Below are positions 24,270 through 34,369 of a DNA stretch of 64,000 nt, in pieces (within the stretch, counting starts at the first letter, position 1; every line of letters begins with the position of its first letter). Under the pieces are notes generated by a model, which worked only from the letters and a program-made list of their open reading frames with translations, searched no databases and had not been told where the DNA came from. The position numbers were made by a program, and so were the translations under genes. Where the stretch lies: assembly GCA_020060465.1 (NCBI GenBank), contig JAGVAD010000005.1:46003-110002 (forward strand). The letters run 5' to 3'. This DNA is from Anaerolineales bacterium. GTDB lineage: Bacteria; Chloroflexota; Anaerolineae; Anaerolineales; UBA4823.

Positions 24270-24971
24270 CTATGGCGTTCCGCCTGGATCGCGTTTTAAG
24301 CCATAGCCGCGCCCGGGGATGGTTTCGATAAAGACCGGGGAAGAGGGGTCGGGTTCAATCTTGCTGCGCAGCCGGCGCACCAACTGGCGCAGCATGTCGC
24401 GGCTGCCGCCGCCCGGCCCCCAAATGTGGTCAATCAGCTCCTGGATAGTCAGGATATGCCCGGCATGGAGCATCATATATTCCAGCAGGCGGCATTCCAG
24501 GGCGGTGAGAGAAACGGGCTCTTGCTCTCCGCAGCGCGCTTCGCGGCGGTCGGCGTCCAGGGTGAGCTTGCCGGCTTGCAGCGTGCTGGAAATGGGGCCG
24601 CGCGCCGTCCGACGCAACACTGCCTGTACACGCGCCACCAGTTGACGCGGGCTGAACGGCTTGAGGATATAATCATCCGCGCCGACTTTCAAGCCGTAAA
24701 CAATGTCGTCTTCGTCTTCGCGCACGGTGAGCAGGATGATCGGCACATCGGATTGCTCGCGGATTTTTCGGCAGATGGTAAACCCATCTAAGGGGGGCGA
24801 TGTTTTCGGTAAGTTGACATCCAAGATAATAATGTCCGGTTGATCCTCCATCCAGCGGCGCAGGGCGCTTTCGCCGTCTTGCGCCTGGCTGACCTGGAAC
24901 CCCTCCCGCCGCAGCGTGAAGCTGACCAGGTCAGCTAACACTCGATCATCGTCCACCACCAACGCTTTCAC
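24270..24971 (-). CDS. OmpR-family response regulator
   Basis: The receiver domain (VVDDDRVLADL...IILDVNLP) is followed by a winged-helix output domain (LTALECRLLEYMMLHAGHILTIQELIDHIWG...IETIPGRGYGL). Confidence 0.85.
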   Translation of the reverse strand: MKALVVDDDRVLADLVSFTLRREGFQVSQAQDGESALRRWMEDQPDIIILDVNLPKTSPPLDGFTICRKIREQSDVPIILLTVREDEDDIVYGLKVGADDYILKPFSPRQLVARVQAVLRRTARGPISSTLQAGKLTLDADRREARCGEQEPVSLTALECRLLEYMMLHAGHILTIQELIDHIWGPGGGSRDMLRQLVRRLRSKIEPDPSSPVFIETIPGRGYGLKRDPGGTP

Positions 24972-27148
24972 AACTCACCGCCTTCGCTATCTTGCGTCGC
25001 TAAGGGGATCGTGAACCAGAAGAGTGCGCCGCCATTCACCTGGTTTTCCACACCAACCCGCCCGCCCTGCGCCTCTACAATCGCCTTGACCACCGATAGC
25101 CCCAGCCCGGCGCCGTATTCCGCGCGATGGTTATCCATTTGTAAATGGGCAAAGCGCGTAAAGACGTCCTTCAGATGTTCGGGCGGCACGCCCGGTCCGC
25201 AATCGGCGACCGAAAGACGCGCTTCCGTAGGGCTGAATTCCACCTGTAAGACGATTTGCGAACCAGGCGGGCTCCATTTGATGGCATTGGACAACAGGTT
25301 CACCAAAACCTGACCGGTGCGCCGCGCATCCGCGAAAACAAACGGCGTTTCGCTCGGCAGGCGAACCTCAAGCCGCTGATCATATTTTTCCAGCAGTGGT
25401 TGCATGACGCGCGCCGCATCCTGCACCACTGCTGCCAGGCTGGTGGGTTTGAGGCGTACGCGGAAACGCCCGGCTTCGATGCTGGCGCCTTCCAACAGGT
25501 TGTCAATCAGCGTTTGCAAACCCAGTGTTCCTAACCGCAGGGAATTGAGCAGCTCTGCCAGTTCCTCCTGACTGAGGGATGGCAATTGATCAATCAATAA
25601 CTCAATCGAAGCCGCCAGCGCAGAGAGCGGGGTGCGAAATTCGTGGGTAATGTTAGCTAAGAAATCGCCCAACAAACGGCGGATGGCTTGTTCATCGCTG
25701 ACATCACGCAGCACCAACGCTGTCTCTGCTCTACCGGCCTCGGGCGGCGCCCGATGGGCGCGGGTGATTGCCAGCGTGGCCTGCCGCCCCTGGCTGAGGG
25801 CGACCGTGATTGTGCGCTTTCCCCCTGGTTCTGGCAGCGCCTGGCTGAATTTCTCGTCGCTGCCCGGCAAATGAAAAAGCTCATCAATGTGCTTGCCGAT
25901 GACCAACGATTTATTCCAGCCGGTGATCTGTTCCGCGCCCTGGCTGAAAAACGTGATTCGCCCCTTCGGATCCAGGGTGAGAATTCCCTCCACCACCGTT
26001 TCGAGCAAGGATTCGCCCCAGGCTTTCTCTTTGCGCAGCTCTTCTAATGAATGTTGCAGAGCAATGCGGGCATCCTCCAGGGCAAATGAAACCTGGGCGA
26101 TCTCACGGATGCGAGTGTGGGCGGAAACCGGCGTTTCCAGATCGCCTTTGCGCAGAGCAACGGCGGCCGCCCACAACCGTTCAAGTGGCTGGCTGAGGCG
26201 CTTTGCCAACAGGAAAGCCAGAGCTGCGCCCACCAAAATCACTAAAAAAATGCCGCCGCCCATGGCGCGGGTGAGTTGTCGCTGCACCTCGAGGACGTTT
26301 GCCGCCGATAAAGCTGCCAGGATTTCCAAGTCGCTTTGTTCAAATGGCATCCGTAATGCAAAATACGGCGTCTCATCCAAAACGAACGATGCAGTTTCCC
26401 TGACCCCAGCGCTGAGCTCGTTTTTGGCGCTCAGTTGGGTGGCAATCGTCTGCCAGTCCTGCGCTCCACCGGGCAGACTGCTGGCGATATACCGCTTGCC
26501 AGAGAGCAGGATAATCTCCAGCCCGGATTGTCGTCCCAGTTCAACCATGAAAGATTGATCCAGCGCGCTCCCAACCAGGACGATATAAGCTGCGCCCAAT
26601 TCTCCGCCGACGTCTTCGACAGGTTGGGCGGCGAGCATCCAGCCAGGTGAATCTGAACCTCCAGACGCCAGAAGCGTCTGGGTGGAGGGGGGATCATGGC
26701 ACGCCTCTGCGGGCAGAGTTTGACCAGCCTGGGCGGTGATCTGTCCCTTGGGGTTGCAAATTGCCACCACATCCAGCCCGGAGCCGCTTTGCAAGGCGTT
26801 CAAGTAGGTTTGCAAATTTTGCAGGTCGTTTTGTTCCAAAAGCTGGCGCAAGGTTGGCCGTTGAGCGCTCAAGATCGCCAGATTGCTGAGGTCGCTCAGG
26901 TTAGCCGAGAGGCTGGCCTGGATCGTCTGGCCGCCTTGCTCCACCAACGCCCAGGCCTGGCGGTTAAGTTGCTGGCGCAGCAGCCAGATCGCCGGCGCGC
27001 CGATCGCTCCAACCGTCAAAATGATCAGCGAGACGGTCATCAGCGTCATCTGCGCGGGCAGGCTCATCTGGCCAGGTCGTGGATATTTATGCATAACAGA
27101 TAACCGCTCACTCGGCGTCACAAGGTTATGGATGAAGAAGGTTTGCAA
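24968..27148 (-). CDS. sensor histidine kinase (periplasmic sensor, HAMP, PAS, HisKA, HATPase_c)
   Basis: Two TM helices flank a ~240-aa extracytoplasmic domain. The H-box is ITHEFRTPLSAL, with N/G boxes near the C-terminus. It overlaps the response regulator start by 4 nt. The exact start is uncertain (27148 or 27094). Confidence 0.8.
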   Translation of the reverse strand: MQTFFIHNLVTPSERLSVMHKYPRPGQMSLPAQMTLMTVSLIILTVGAIGAPAIWLLRQQLNRQAWALVEQGGQTIQASLSANLSDLSNLAILSAQRPTLRQLLEQNDLQNLQTYLNALQSGSGLDVVAICNPKGQITAQAGQTLPAEACHDPPSTQTLLASGGSDSPGWMLAAQPVEDVGGELGAAYIVLVGSALDQSFMVELGRQSGLEIILLSGKRYIASSLPGGAQDWQTIATQLSAKNELSAGVRETASFVLDETPYFALRMPFEQSDLEILAALSAANVLEVQRQLTRAMGGGIFLVILVGAALAFLLAKRLSQPLERLWAAAVALRKGDLETPVSAHTRIREIAQVSFALEDARIALQHSLEELRKEKAWGESLLETVVEGILTLDPKGRITFFSQGAEQITGWNKSLVIGKHIDELFHLPGSDEKFSQALPEPGGKRTITVALSQGRQATLAITRAHRAPPEAGRAETALVLRDVSDEQAIRRLLGDFLANITHEFRTPLSALAASIELLIDQLPSLSQEELAELLNSLRLGTLGLQTLIDNLLEGASIEAGRFRVRLKPTSLAAVVQDAARVMQPLLEKYDQRLEVRLPSETPFVFADARRTGQVLVNLLSNAIKWSPPGSQIVLQVEFSPTEARLSVADCGPGVPPEHLKDVFTRFAHLQMDNHRAEYGAGLGLSVVKAIVEAQGGRVGVENQVNGGALFWFTIPLATQDSEGGEL

Positions 27149-27295
27149 TCGAAGAATAGTTTATTTTAACTTGTTTTCATTCGACTGCGATTCTTTTCAC
27201 CAGCGGGCGCAAGGCGCTTTTATCCCTGTGATACCTGAAAGGGAAAAAGCGCCTTACATCCTGGGGGCGCGAAATACACCGCCTTTGCGCGCATT

Positions 27296-28387
27296 TCAAG
27301 GGTTCAGCCGCTGCACTTTACCCACTGTAAGGGTATAGATGCCGTTTTCGCCAAAGAAAGCTGGAGAGGCTTCCTTCCAGCCGCCAAAGTATTCAATGGT
27401 AAAAAGGTCTTCCACAGATGGGTATTTGCTGGCGACCGCGCTCGCTGTCTGAGCATCCACCGGGCGCAGCCCATATTTGGCAAAGATTTGCTGCGCTTCT
27501 TGCGTGAACAGAAAAGCTACAAACGCCTCTGCTGCCTGGCGGACGCCGTGTTTCTCAGCGTAAACATCTACGACCGCCACCGGGTTCTCGATCAGGATGG
27601 TTGAGCGTGGGATCACCAGTTCGTATTTCTCGCCGTTCATCTGACCCACCAGCACTTCGTTCTCATAGGTGATCGCCACGTCGCCAACGCCCTTCTCAAA
27701 ATTGGTGATGCTCTCACGGGCGCCTTTATCCATCACGCTGACGTTGTTCAGCACCGATAGAAGAAAGGCAGTAGCTGCTTCATCGTCATCCTTTGGAACG
27801 CCCTTCACAAAGCCGCGCTTGGCTGCGCCGTATAACGCCAGGATATTCCACATCGCTCCGCCGCTGGTCTTGGGATTGGGCGTCAGGATTTCGATGCCCG
27901 GTTTTCCCAGATCGGCCCAATCGTGAATTGCCTTAGGATTGCCCTCCCGCACAGCAAAAGATACGATCGAGGTGCTCACCATGCCTTTATAAGCGCCGCT
28001 CTTCCAATCATGGGTGATCAAGCCGGCGTCTTGAATGCGGGTGATGTCCGCCTCCAGCGATAAGGCGGCTATATCTGCCTCAAAACCTTCTACAATGGCG
28101 CGCGACTGCGCCCCAGAACCCAGGTAAGATTCTTCAAAAATAACATCCTGACCGGTCTTTTCCTTCCATTGTTTTTGGAAGATGGGGATCAGCTCCTTAT
28201 ACGCCTCGCGCGGGGTGGTGTACGCCCCCAGCGTCAATTTGATCTGGCCTCCTTGCGCTACACCGCTGGTTGGCGCAGCGCTGTTTTGGCCGCAAGCAGC
28301 CAGAGAGGTCATTAAGAAGGCTGCCAGCAGTAGATAGATGATCAGCAGACGGATTGGATAGTGTCCTTTGAATTGATCCGTGTTCAT
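27296..28387 (-). CDS. sbp: sulfate ABC transporter substrate-binding lipoprotein
   Basis: It has a lipobox (LAAC) and Sbp/CysP-type motifs: SYLGSGAQSRAIVEGFEADIAALSLEAD, REGNPKAIHDWADL and LTPNPKTSGGAMWN. Confidence 0.85.
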   Translation of the reverse strand: MNTDQFKGHYPIRLLIIYLLLAAFLMTSLAACGQNSAAPTSGVAQGGQIKLTLGAYTTPREAYKELIPIFQKQWKEKTGQDVIFEESYLGSGAQSRAIVEGFEADIAALSLEADITRIQDAGLITHDWKSGAYKGMVSTSIVSFAVREGNPKAIHDWADLGKPGIEILTPNPKTSGGAMWNILALYGAAKRGFVKGVPKDDDEAATAFLLSVLNNVSVMDKGARESITNFEKGVGDVAITYENEVLVGQMNGEKYELVIPRSTILIENPVAVVDVYAEKHGVRQAAEAFVAFLFTQEAQQIFAKYGLRPVDAQTASAVASKYPSVEDLFTIEYFGGWKEASPAFFGENGIYTLTVGKVQRLNP

Positions 28388-28604
28388 GACAAACCTCCTG
28401 GTTCGTTAATCTTGAATGCCCGTAGATTGAGTGGGCGCTCTCCAGCTAAGATTATTGACCGTCAGATCATTTGGTTATGAACGTCCCGCAGGTTTCTAAT
28501 CGCACAGGCTTGTTTTTAGGGGAACCCGCGAGACGTTTTGCACCAACGAGAGAAACCAATTTCGGTGAATATCAATAGTTTACCGGAGACCCGTGACAGA
28601 CAAA

Positions 28605-28636
28605 GTGATGAAGTTGTTATATTGCTGTGACAAAAG
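28605..28636 (-). promoter_or_regulatory. conserved 32-nt motif upstream of sbp (copy 2 of 2)
   Basis: The minus strand reads CTTTTGTCACAGCAATATAACAACTTCATCAC, ~220 nt upstream of the sbp start. Confidence 0.45.
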
Positions 28637-28668
28637 CGCTTAGAAATCGCCCCCTATCACGCGACGCT

Positions 28669-31600
28669 TTACGCTGACTTTTTGGGCTGCTTAAGCGGCA
28701 GCGCCAGATAGAAGGTGCTGCCTTTGCCCAACTGACTTTCTGCCCAGGCGCGCCCGCCGTGGCGTTCGGCGATAGACTTGACAATCGCCAGTCCTAAACC
28801 AGTGCCGCGCTCGTCTTTGGATCCCTGCTGCGCCCCGCGATAAAATTTCTCGAACAGGCGCGGCATATCCATCGGCGAGATGCCGCTGCCGTTATCAATG
28901 ACTTGAAAAACAACGCCGATGGGCTGCACTTGAACCCGCACCAAAACTTTGCCGTCCGCCTTGGTGTATTTGATGGCATTCTCCACCAGGTTGTGCAGCG
29001 CCTGCTGCAACAAAGCCTGATCGGCCTCCACCAGCGGCACCGTGTGCGCCGGCAATTCACTGGTCAGTTGGACGCGCTTTTGTGACGCCTGGAGCTGTAG
29101 AGCGCTTACCACCCGCTCGACCACATCCACCACCGGCACCATTTCGAGTTGCAAGCCCACGCCGGCTTCAATGCGTCCCAGGTCCAGCAGGTTGTTCACC
29201 AGGCGCGACATGCTTTCTACGCCGCTGACAATTTTGCGCACATAACTGATCTGCTGCTCGTTAAGCTGGCCGACCATCTCCAACATGCTGGCGTAGCCAC
29301 GCATCAGGGTCAATGGCGAGCGTAGATCATGGCTGACGGTGGAAACAAACTCGGATTTCAAGGCGTCAATTTCCTTGAAGTGCGTCACATCGCGCAGCAC
29401 ACAGACCCGCCCAACGCGCCGGCCTTCGGCTAATACCGGCGTGGCGCTGGCCAGGAATACCCGTCCGCCGGGCAAGGCCACCTCAACCATCTGTTTTTCA
29501 TGGGCGCCGTCGCCGTTTTCGCTGCGCAGCAGGTCAACCAGACTACGCACCGAGATGACCTTATCCAGGAGCTGCCCTTCGTAAGTCTCTGCGCCCAATC
29601 CCAATACCTGCCAGGCTGCCGGGTTCGCCAACAACAGGCGCTCGTTTTCATCGGTCACCAGCACAGGATCTGGGGTGGAAGCCAGGATGGATTCCAATCG
29701 CTTGCGCCCGATCTCGGCGTTCAAGAATAAGCGAGCGTTGGCTGCTGCCAGCGCCGCCTGACCACCCAACGTGACCAGGAAACGCACCTCTTCCTCAGAG
29801 AAGGTGTGCGGTTGGTCATAGGCTACCCAGAGCGCCCCGTAGTATTGATTTTCATGTTTCAAGGCTACTGCCATCAACGATTCGGGGCGCGGCGCGCCGG
29901 GGATGAAGTTCAACATGCGTGGCCGGTTGGTATTGGATAAAACAAGGCGATCCTGTTGCCGGCTGAGGTTCAAAATCTGTTCATCCAGGTTCTGGTACAG
30001 GTTTTGCGCCGGGCCAGCGCCAAAACGCGCCGGCGTCGCGGCAGCCCATTCCAGATCGGGGAGCATGCTGGACGCTAACACCACCCGCGCGGAGCTGGCG
30101 CCCGAACCCAGCGCCGATTCCAACACCGGCTGAATGGCCTCGGAAAATTCCAGGCTGGAGGCGACGCCCTGACTGACCACTAACAGGCGATTCAGTTCAT
30201 CCAAACGTGCTTTCAGGCTGACGCGCATTTGCTCAAAGGCGCGGCTCAATTGGCCGACCTCATCCGCGCTGTTGATGGTTACCGGTTGCTCCAATTGCCC
30301 CTCTGCCAGGCGCCCAGCTTCAGCAGCCAGTTTTTCGAGCGAACGCGTGATCACATTCAACCCCAGCCGGATGATGAGGACGCCAATCAGCGAGAGCAGG
30401 GCGATCATGCCCAGCAACGGCGCGGCGATCGTGAGGGCGATTTGCTGCACGCGATAGGCTGGAACTACCAGGACAATTGACCAGGGCTGGCCTTGCGCCG
30501 GATGGATGGCAACCAGCACTCGCGTTCCGTCCTCGGCGGTATCATCGTAGAATGCGCTCTGGCGTCCGGGCTGGCTGGTGAACGTCTGCATCACGCGTTC
30601 GGGGTTGGGATGCGCCAGGATGCGATTGTTTTCATCTAATAGCATCCCCTGACCATCCGCGCCGGCGACCCTGTTAAGGCTGGCGAGAATCGGCTGCGTG
30701 AGGGGATTGGTCACCAGGTCGCTGCGCCCAATCAAGACGCGGCGCGCCCGGTTTTGTGAGTCAAACACCGCAGCAATAAAGGATGTTTGAGCGGTGGTCT
30801 GCCCATTGGCGGGCGGCGCATTGTAGTATTGAAAAGGCAGCCCGTTCAGCGCCGTGTTCACCGCCACCAGCTCGTCCAGGGGCGCTTGCTTGCCGACGTA
30901 ATAGCTGGTTGGATAGCTGGCGATCGTCTCCGCGTTCTCGTCCAGCAAGGTCAATTGATTGAAAAAGGGCGCTTTTTTAATGTCTTGAGCCAGCAAATTT
31001 TCCACCGCCAGCCGATTGTTGCTCAGCAAAATCGGATCAGCGGCAAGCTGCAGGATCAAAGTCTGGCCGGTCTCCAGATAATAAGGCACCCCTTGCGCAG
31101 CGACTTCGGCGGCGTTGGTCATCTGCGCCTCTAACATATCTCGGGCGACTCGCCCGGCGACGAACCAGTCGCCAGCCATCAATGTAACAATCAGGATGAG
31201 CGCCAGCGGCGCCATACTGACGATGAAGCGCGTTTGCAGGCTGCGTTCGGATGGAGATGGCTCCAGGGGTGCAGCAACGGGCCAGGCGCCGGGCGCTATC
31301 AGTTGGATCAATTGCATCACCAGCCCGGCAATCAACAGCTCGCTGACTACCGCCAGCCAAATCCCCGCCAGGTTGGTCAGGGCGTAATCCAGGCGGCTGA
31401 CTAACAGCCCGGGTGAAGTGACGAGCGCGACCAATAGATGCAACGCCGGGAAGACCAACGCCATCAGCCCAGCAGCAATCAAGGGACGTCTCGCAGCTCG
31501 ATAAAAGAATGTGCGGTAACGTTGACGCAACAGGGCGCTCAACAGAGCGGCGATCAGCCCCATTTCCAGCGCATAGAATGGATTATGGTAATGCCAGCCA

Positions 31601-31974
31601 GCGATGATCAATCCGCTCAACAACGCCAACGCTGAGGCGGATAGCGGTCCCAACAATCCAGCCGCCAACGCCCAGGGGATGGCGGCCATGAACATGACGA
31701 CCGGTTCTGCAGGCGCGGCGATGATCCCGGGCGGCGGCAAGCCCGGATTAATTGAAAAACGCGCGCCTAGATACAGGCTGGCAAAGGGGGTAATGAGCAG
31801 CAGAATGATAAACAATGCCCATTGGCCGCGGTGGAAAGAAGCGTTATATCTTCGCCCTGTCCAGAGAAGCGCCAGAAGCGCGCAAATCCCCAAAAAAAGC
31901 CCCAACCAACCAACCAACCCTGGCGGAGGGTCGAGATAAAGGGCTGCCGTGATCAATGTCAAAATTGGGGTCAT
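28669..31974 (-). CDS. large multi-domain sensor histidine kinase (polytopic N-terminus, extracytoplasmic domain, HAMP, GAF, PAS, HisKA, HATPase_c)
   Basis: 1101 aa. The first ~260 aa contain about 8 TM helices. The H-box is VSHDLRSPLTLM and the C-terminus carries GTGLGLAIVKSIAERHGG. No cognate regulator is adjacent. Confidence 0.8.
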   Translation of the reverse strand: MTPILTLITAALYLDPPPGLVGWLGLFLGICALLALLWTGRRYNASFHRGQWALFIILLLITPFASLYLGARFSINPGLPPPGIIAAPAEPVVMFMAAIPWALAAGLLGPLSASALALLSGLIIAGWHYHNPFYALEMGLIAALLSALLRQRYRTFFYRAARRPLIAAGLMALVFPALHLLVALVTSPGLLVSRLDYALTNLAGIWLAVVSELLIAGLVMQLIQLIAPGAWPVAAPLEPSPSERSLQTRFIVSMAPLALILIVTLMAGDWFVAGRVARDMLEAQMTNAAEVAAQGVPYYLETGQTLILQLAADPILLSNNRLAVENLLAQDIKKAPFFNQLTLLDENAETIASYPTSYYVGKQAPLDELVAVNTALNGLPFQYYNAPPANGQTTAQTSFIAAVFDSQNRARRVLIGRSDLVTNPLTQPILASLNRVAGADGQGMLLDENNRILAHPNPERVMQTFTSQPGRQSAFYDDTAEDGTRVLVAIHPAQGQPWSIVLVVPAYRVQQIALTIAAPLLGMIALLSLIGVLIIRLGLNVITRSLEKLAAEAGRLAEGQLEQPVTINSADEVGQLSRAFEQMRVSLKARLDELNRLLVVSQGVASSLEFSEAIQPVLESALGSGASSARVVLASSMLPDLEWAAATPARFGAGPAQNLYQNLDEQILNLSRQQDRLVLSNTNRPRMLNFIPGAPRPESLMAVALKHENQYYGALWVAYDQPHTFSEEEVRFLVTLGGQAALAAANARLFLNAEIGRKRLESILASTPDPVLVTDENERLLLANPAAWQVLGLGAETYEGQLLDKVISVRSLVDLLRSENGDGAHEKQMVEVALPGGRVFLASATPVLAEGRRVGRVCVLRDVTHFKEIDALKSEFVSTVSHDLRSPLTLMRGYASMLEMVGQLNEQQISYVRKIVSGVESMSRLVNNLLDLGRIEAGVGLQLEMVPVVDVVERVVSALQLQASQKRVQLTSELPAHTVPLVEADQALLQQALHNLVENAIKYTKADGKVLVRVQVQPIGVVFQVIDNGSGISPMDMPRLFEKFYRGAQQGSKDERGTGLGLAIVKSIAERHGGRAWAESQLGKGSTFYLALPLKQPKKSA

Positions 31975-32057
31975 ACGGGCTGTAGATGCATGACTGATGC
32001 CAGATAACCTTTTCGATTATAACCTGTTTTGCCGCAAAAAGCCTCCGCCTCATTGGA

Positions 32058-32822
32058 TCAAATAAACTCGATGGTTTCTTGAGTGGCTCGCGAGAGGTCC
32101 GCGTATACCCCGCGGCGGTGAGGCGGAAGCATCCCGGCGAGGACATACATGGCTTCGTCCGTCATCTGGCGCAGATGTTCACGCCCGGCGCGGCGGAACT
32201 CGGCGCGATAGCGGAAAGGTTTACCAAAATGGATCTGCGCTCCTGGTCCGCGCCAGGCGGCGGTAAAACGCAACGCCGGGAAACCTTGCGTCCCGTCTAT
32301 AGCGACCGGCACGATGGGCGCGCCGCTGCGGCTGGCCAGGTAAGCCACGCCCTCTTTGCCCTGTTTCAGCGCCGGACCGCGCGTGCCCTCCGGCGCCACC
32401 AGGACAATTTCCCCGGCTCTTAACACCTCCAATGTTTGTTGAATGGCGCGGCGATCCACCTCCTCGCGTCGCACGGGAATGACCCCCCACAATCGAGGGA
32501 ATATTCCCACGACCGGATAATCATATACCTCAATCTTCGCCATTGGCGTGATCAAACGCGGCGTGACTTGCAAGACAACGATGGGGTCAATAAAGGCGAT
32601 ATGGTTAATCATCAGAATCGCCGCGCCCTCTGTGGGTATATTTTCCACGCCTTCCACTTCGCCGATTTTTGCCAGCAGCGTGAAACCGATCCAACGCAAC
32701 AAAAAACGGCACAACTTGCGCCGGTTCGTATAACGGGCGTGATCATAATGGAAAGCTTGAACTCGATCATCCTGTAAACCATCTACTACCATTTGACGCC
32801 TCCGTAAGCAAATCAAAGCCAA
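32058..32822 (-). CDS. PlsC-family (lysophospholipid) acyltransferase
   Basis: H(X)4D motif NHIAFID and an acyl-acceptor pocket motif APEGTRG. Confidence 0.75.
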   Translation of the reverse strand: MALICLRRRQMVVDGLQDDRVQAFHYDHARYTNRRKLCRFLLRWIGFTLLAKIGEVEGVENIPTEGAAILMINHIAFIDPIVVLQVTPRLITPMAKIEVYDYPVVGIFPRLWGVIPVRREEVDRRAIQQTLEVLRAGEIVLVAPEGTRGPALKQGKEGVAYLASRSGAPIVPVAIDGTQGFPALRFTAAWRGPGAQIHFGKPFRYRAEFRRAGREHLRQMTDEAMYVLAGMLPPHRRGVYADLSRATQETIEFI

Positions 32823-33569
32823 TTATTCGACGCTGTTGTTGTACACCCCTCGATATTGCGCTGGAAGCTGAGCGGCCAGCGCCTGCATGATGCGTTGCGT
32901 ACCTTTTTCCACTGCTGTGCGCCAATCGGCGGCTTTCTCCAACTCAAACGGCGTCCCTATCGTGATGGTTACATGACTGCGTCGAAGCCGTTTAAGATTT
33001 GAGTAAATGATCTGATTTTCAGTACCAGTGAAAGTTACCGGGATAATGCGTGCGTTGGCCTTGAGCGCCAGGTAAGCCGCGCCAGGCGTCCCTTCTTCCA
33101 GCGCGCCGGTCAGGCTTTCGCGACCTTCTGGGGCAATCACCAACATACGCCCTTCCGCCAGGCCTTGAAGACCAGCGCGTATCGCGCGGCGGTCGGGTTG
33201 ACCGCGGTGCACCCAGATCACGCCATAAGCTTCAAGAATCCGACCCAACAAGGGGTAATCATAAAGGTCGGCTTTAGCAAAAACATCCGGCATACGGGTG
33301 GAAAACGCCAATCCCAACGGCAGATCTGCATCGCCTAGATGGTTGCATACCACTAACACGCTGCCCAACGCCGGGATGTTTTCCAGACCGGTGATTTTCG
33401 CCTGTACGAAGAGGCGGGCTAATATTCGCGCCAGACCGCGCAGCAAACGGCGGATGAATAGCCTCTTCGCCGTGAGGCGGGGCAGACGCGTAATTTCTGG
33501 CCTCACGTGTAAGGTAATCGGTTTTTCGTTCGGCGTTGGATGCTGCACCTCATCCATCATCTTCCTCAC
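32823..33569 (-). CDS. PlsC-family acyltransferase (paralog 2)
   Basis: H(X)4D motif NHLGDAD and APEGRES. It directly abuts the downstream paralog. Confidence 0.75.
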   Translation of the reverse strand: MRKMMDEVQHPTPNEKPITLHVRPEITRLPRLTAKRLFIRRLLRGLARILARLFVQAKITGLENIPALGSVLVVCNHLGDADLPLGLAFSTRMPDVFAKADLYDYPLLGRILEAYGVIWVHRGQPDRRAIRAGLQGLAEGRMLVIAPEGRESLTGALEEGTPGAAYLALKANARIIPVTFTGTENQIIYSNLKRLRRSHVTITIGTPFELEKAADWRTAVEKGTQRIMQALAAQLPAQYRGVYNNSVE

Positions 33570-34339
33570 CGCGCCGTGAGTTTTTGATCATCGCTGGCTT
33601 GAACTTCAGATTCGTTCACTGGCGCGGTGGGGCGCGCCTCGTCGAAGTTCCGCGCAGCGTAATAGCCATGATATTCGGAGGGGAGCAGAGCGGCAATGTG
33701 CAACATAATCTGATCGGCGTTGCGCTGCCGCTGGATGCGCCGCGCTTCACCCTTTCCCTCCAGCGGCGGCAACCTGAAAGGTTTGCCAATGCGTATTTCG
33801 ACCCTCGGGCGTTCGCCGCGTAACGCCCTTTTTAAAAGATCGTCGCTGGTACCCACAACGCCCACCGGCAGAACTGGCACATTCGCCTGGTCAACGATGT
33901 GCGCGGCGCCGGGGAGAGCCTGACGCATAGCTGGCGAGTGTGTGCGACCACCCTCTGGCGCAAGCAGCAAAGGTTTACCAGATCGGAGGACGCTGAGCAT
34001 GGCGTCAATCAACTTGCGGTCATATTCGCCGCGATGCACAGGGATACCTCCATACAACCGAACCAGGATATTTTGCCCTGGCCTTTCCCAAATTTCAACT
34101 GCGCCCGCGGCTTCTGGCGCGTGCGGCCAAAATGCCAGCACCAGAGGCGGCTCAAATAGCGACGCGTGATTAATGGCAATTAGATAAGCGCCACGCCGGG
34201 GGACATTTTCCAAACCAACGACACGCACCCGACAAAGGATGCGGAATAAAAGGCGAAAAACGGGGCGCAAGATTAACCGCATGATGCGGTGGCGAAACGC
34301 AACTCGATAGGAGGATTGACCTTTATTATGCCCAACCAT
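33566..34339 (-). CDS. PlsC-family acyltransferase (paralog 3, H(X)4E variant)
   Basis: The motif is NHASLFE, with Glu in place of the usual Asp, and APEGGRT is present. It overlaps the next gene by 4 nt. Confidence 0.7.
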   Translation of the reverse strand: MVGHNKGQSSYRVAFRHRIMRLILRPVFRLLFRILCRVRVVGLENVPRRGAYLIAINHASLFEPPLVLAFWPHAPEAAGAVEIWERPGQNILVRLYGGIPVHRGEYDRKLIDAMLSVLRSGKPLLLAPEGGRTHSPAMRQALPGAAHIVDQANVPVLPVGVVGTSDDLLKRALRGERPRVEIRIGKPFRLPPLEGKGEARRIQRQRNADQIMLHIAALLPSEYHGYYAARNFDEARPTAPVNESEVQASDDQKLTAR

Positions 34340-34369
34340 TTTTAGACGGATCTATAGATGATGCATCGC

